Shown: in pieces, positions 34,368 to 35,370 of the stretch
Position numbering within the stretch: the stretch's first letter is position 1
How the letters are laid out: the number at the start of each line of letters is the position of its first letter
Source: a virus
Lineage: Duplodnaviria; Caudoviricetes
Direction: 5' to 3' (one strand)
DNA length: 35,370 nucleotides
Virus record (IMG/VR): IMGVR_UViG_3300027804_000132
Location: 1 to 35,370 of that record
The notes under the pieces: model-generated
What the model was told of the DNA's origin: nothing
The model's database searches: none
Seen by the model: only the letters and a program-made list of their open reading frames with translations
Position numbers and translations under genes: made by a program

Positions 34368-34503
34368 GCATAGCTCCCATCTTCTTCATAGGTTTAGCCT
34401 TTGGTGCAGTGCTTACTTTAGCACCAGTCTTCTTAGCGTATGTCTTTGCTTCCTTCTTACCTTTAGTTGTATAGGGGAACTTCTTGTCTTTGACCATTGG
34501 CAT
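34357..34503 (-). CDS. Lys-rich mini-protein (48 aa)
   Basis: Not in track; AAGGA RBS; MPMVKDKKFPYTTKGKKEAKTYAKKTGAKVSTAPKAKPMKKMGAMRGY. Confidence 0.7.
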   Translation of the reverse strand: MPMVKDKKFPYTTKGKKEAKTYAKKTGAKVSTAPKAKPMKKMGAMRGY

Positions 34504-34504
34504 A

Positions 34505-34645
34505 TTATTTCCTTTTCTTTGGTTTAGCTACTTTAGCGGTTGATAATGCGATGGCTACAGCCTGCTTCTGAGGACGACCTTCTTTAACCAGTTTAGAGAT
34601 ATTCTTACTGATTGTCTTCTGGGACTTACCTTTAGCGAGTGGCAT
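34505..34645 (-). CDS. Lys-rich mini-protein (46 aa)
   Basis: Not in track; GGAGG RBS; [46 protein letters not shown]. Confidence 0.7.
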   Translation of the reverse strand: MPLAKGKSQKTISKNISKLVKEGRPQKQAVAIALSTAKVAKPKKRK

Positions 34646-34647
34646 TA

Positions 34648-34995
34648 TTAACCTCCGTGTTGTTTAACAGATGTATACTCTTGCTCTATCGTAACAACAA
34701 CAGATGCGGTTGAACCAGTTTCAGACTGGACTCGAATCTCATCTCTTTCTTCTAGCAAAGTATATGCTCCGCCATCTAACTTTAAGAATGATTTAGCAGT
34801 TAATGGATAATCCTTAACAATTTCAATTTCAGTATTGGTGCTATAGTCATACCACCATGCACTAAAATTCTTTGCTTGAGAAGAATTGTTTACAGCGTAT
34901 AACAGATTCCATTTACCGATATTCTGAATAGGAACTGTGTACAAAGTAGTCTTGGTGTTAGCTACTAAGTTTCTACCAACAGATATTGGTCTCAT
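34648..34995 (-). CDS. Hypothetical beta-rich virion-associated protein
   Basis: TTLYTVP...[10 protein letters not shown] pattern; late operon. Confidence 0.65.
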   Translation of the reverse strand: MRPISVGRNLVANTKTTLYTVPIQNIGKWNLLYAVNNSSQAKNFSAWWYDYSTNTEIEIVKDYPLTAKSFLKLDGGAYTLLEERDEIRVQSETGSTASVVVTIEQEYTSVKQHGG

Positions 34996-35144
34996 TTAAG
35001 CACTAGAGTCAATAATGTTATAATGATAAAACCAGCGGTACCAATCAGAATCTGTTCTAGTCTCTTTAGTCTAGCGTGTATCTGTTCGTATCGAACCTTA
35101 CAGACTTCTTCGTGGCTTAGGAGTTTTAATTCTGCTTCTGTCAC
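34992..35144 (-). CDS. XhlA-like small membrane protein (50 aa)
   Basis: Not in track; GTG with AAGGA RBS; LLSHEEVCKVRYEQIHARLKRLEQ followed by a TM helix. Confidence 0.65.
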   Translation of the reverse strand: MTEAELKLLSHEEVCKVRYEQIHARLKRLEQILIGTAGFIIITLLTLVLK

Positions 35145-35326
35145 GGCAATGTCCTTACATACTCCGCAGCATCCGTCATCACATTCCCATCGGCATCTTG
35201 CAGTTCTGCACCAGCTAAGACTTCTTTTTTGAAGGTTTGGTAGTCGGTGTTGGCTGGGTCGAATGGGATGTATGCGTTGTCTAATAGGCGTTTTACTACT
35301 TCAGCATTTTTTATTAATTTATACAT
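35141..35326 (-). CDS. Small tail-fibre-associated (assembly/chaperone-like) protein
   Basis: AYIPFDPANTDYQ motif; directly after a fibre gene ending ...ASAEL. Confidence 0.6.
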   Translation of the reverse strand: MYKLIKNAEVVKRLLDNAYIPFDPANTDYQTFKKEVLAGAELQDADGNVMTDAAEYVRTLP

Positions 35327-35327
35327 T

Positions 35328-35370
35328 TTATAACTCCGCAGATGCCGACCAATGAACTTGACAAGTTTGT
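35328..35370 (-). CDS. Tail fibre C-terminus (partial)
   Basis: Reads QTCQVHWSASAEL-stop, a typical fibre C-terminal ending. Confidence 0.55.
   Translation of the reverse strand, partial: QTCQVHWSASAEL

Noticed and set aside
35328-35370. In-frame join of the window's left edge (…IRFNS) to the right edge (QTCQVHWSASAEL)
   Set aside because: One-in-three chance; the 121-aa product is too short for a fibre and there is no terminal overlap, so sequence is probably missing
1-35370. tRNA genes, integrase/att, introns/inteins, DGR, genetic-code reassignment
   Set aside because: None seen; core genes are uninterrupted and of expected size under the standard code

Overview
Nearly complete genome of a lytic-type podovirus, apparently circularly permuted. 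It has a T7-like replication module but no phage RNA polymerase, integrase or tRNA in the window. The plus-strand arm (about 9.26-24.54 kb) carries many tiny early genes, then primase-helicase, family A DNA polymerase, SSB, exonucleases, a resolvase, DUF3310, class II RNR and an HNH nuclease, and ends at a cUUCGg terminator. The minus-strand arm is split across the window ends: terS, terL, portal, scaffold, capsid and tail fibres at 8141->1, and tail fibre end, basic mini-proteins, tail tubes, ejection proteins, holin and M15 endolysin at 35370->24644. The late arm is driven by near-consensus sigma70 promoters. The two-arm, RNAP-less, class II RNR layout resembles Zobellviridae/cobavirus-type phages (inference). 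The most striking non-coding features are: a complete type I hammerhead ribozyme in the early operon (9654-9705); a 0.5 kb stretch near the probable genome end tiled with several families of host-type operator palindromes, including NtrC-like and LysR-like boxes; a structured RNA candidate (8426-8550); a perfect antisense sigma70 promoter over an AT-rich repeat region (12457-12650); and a cassette flanked by 30-bp repeats. Product calls come from motif recognition and synteny only; no searches were run.
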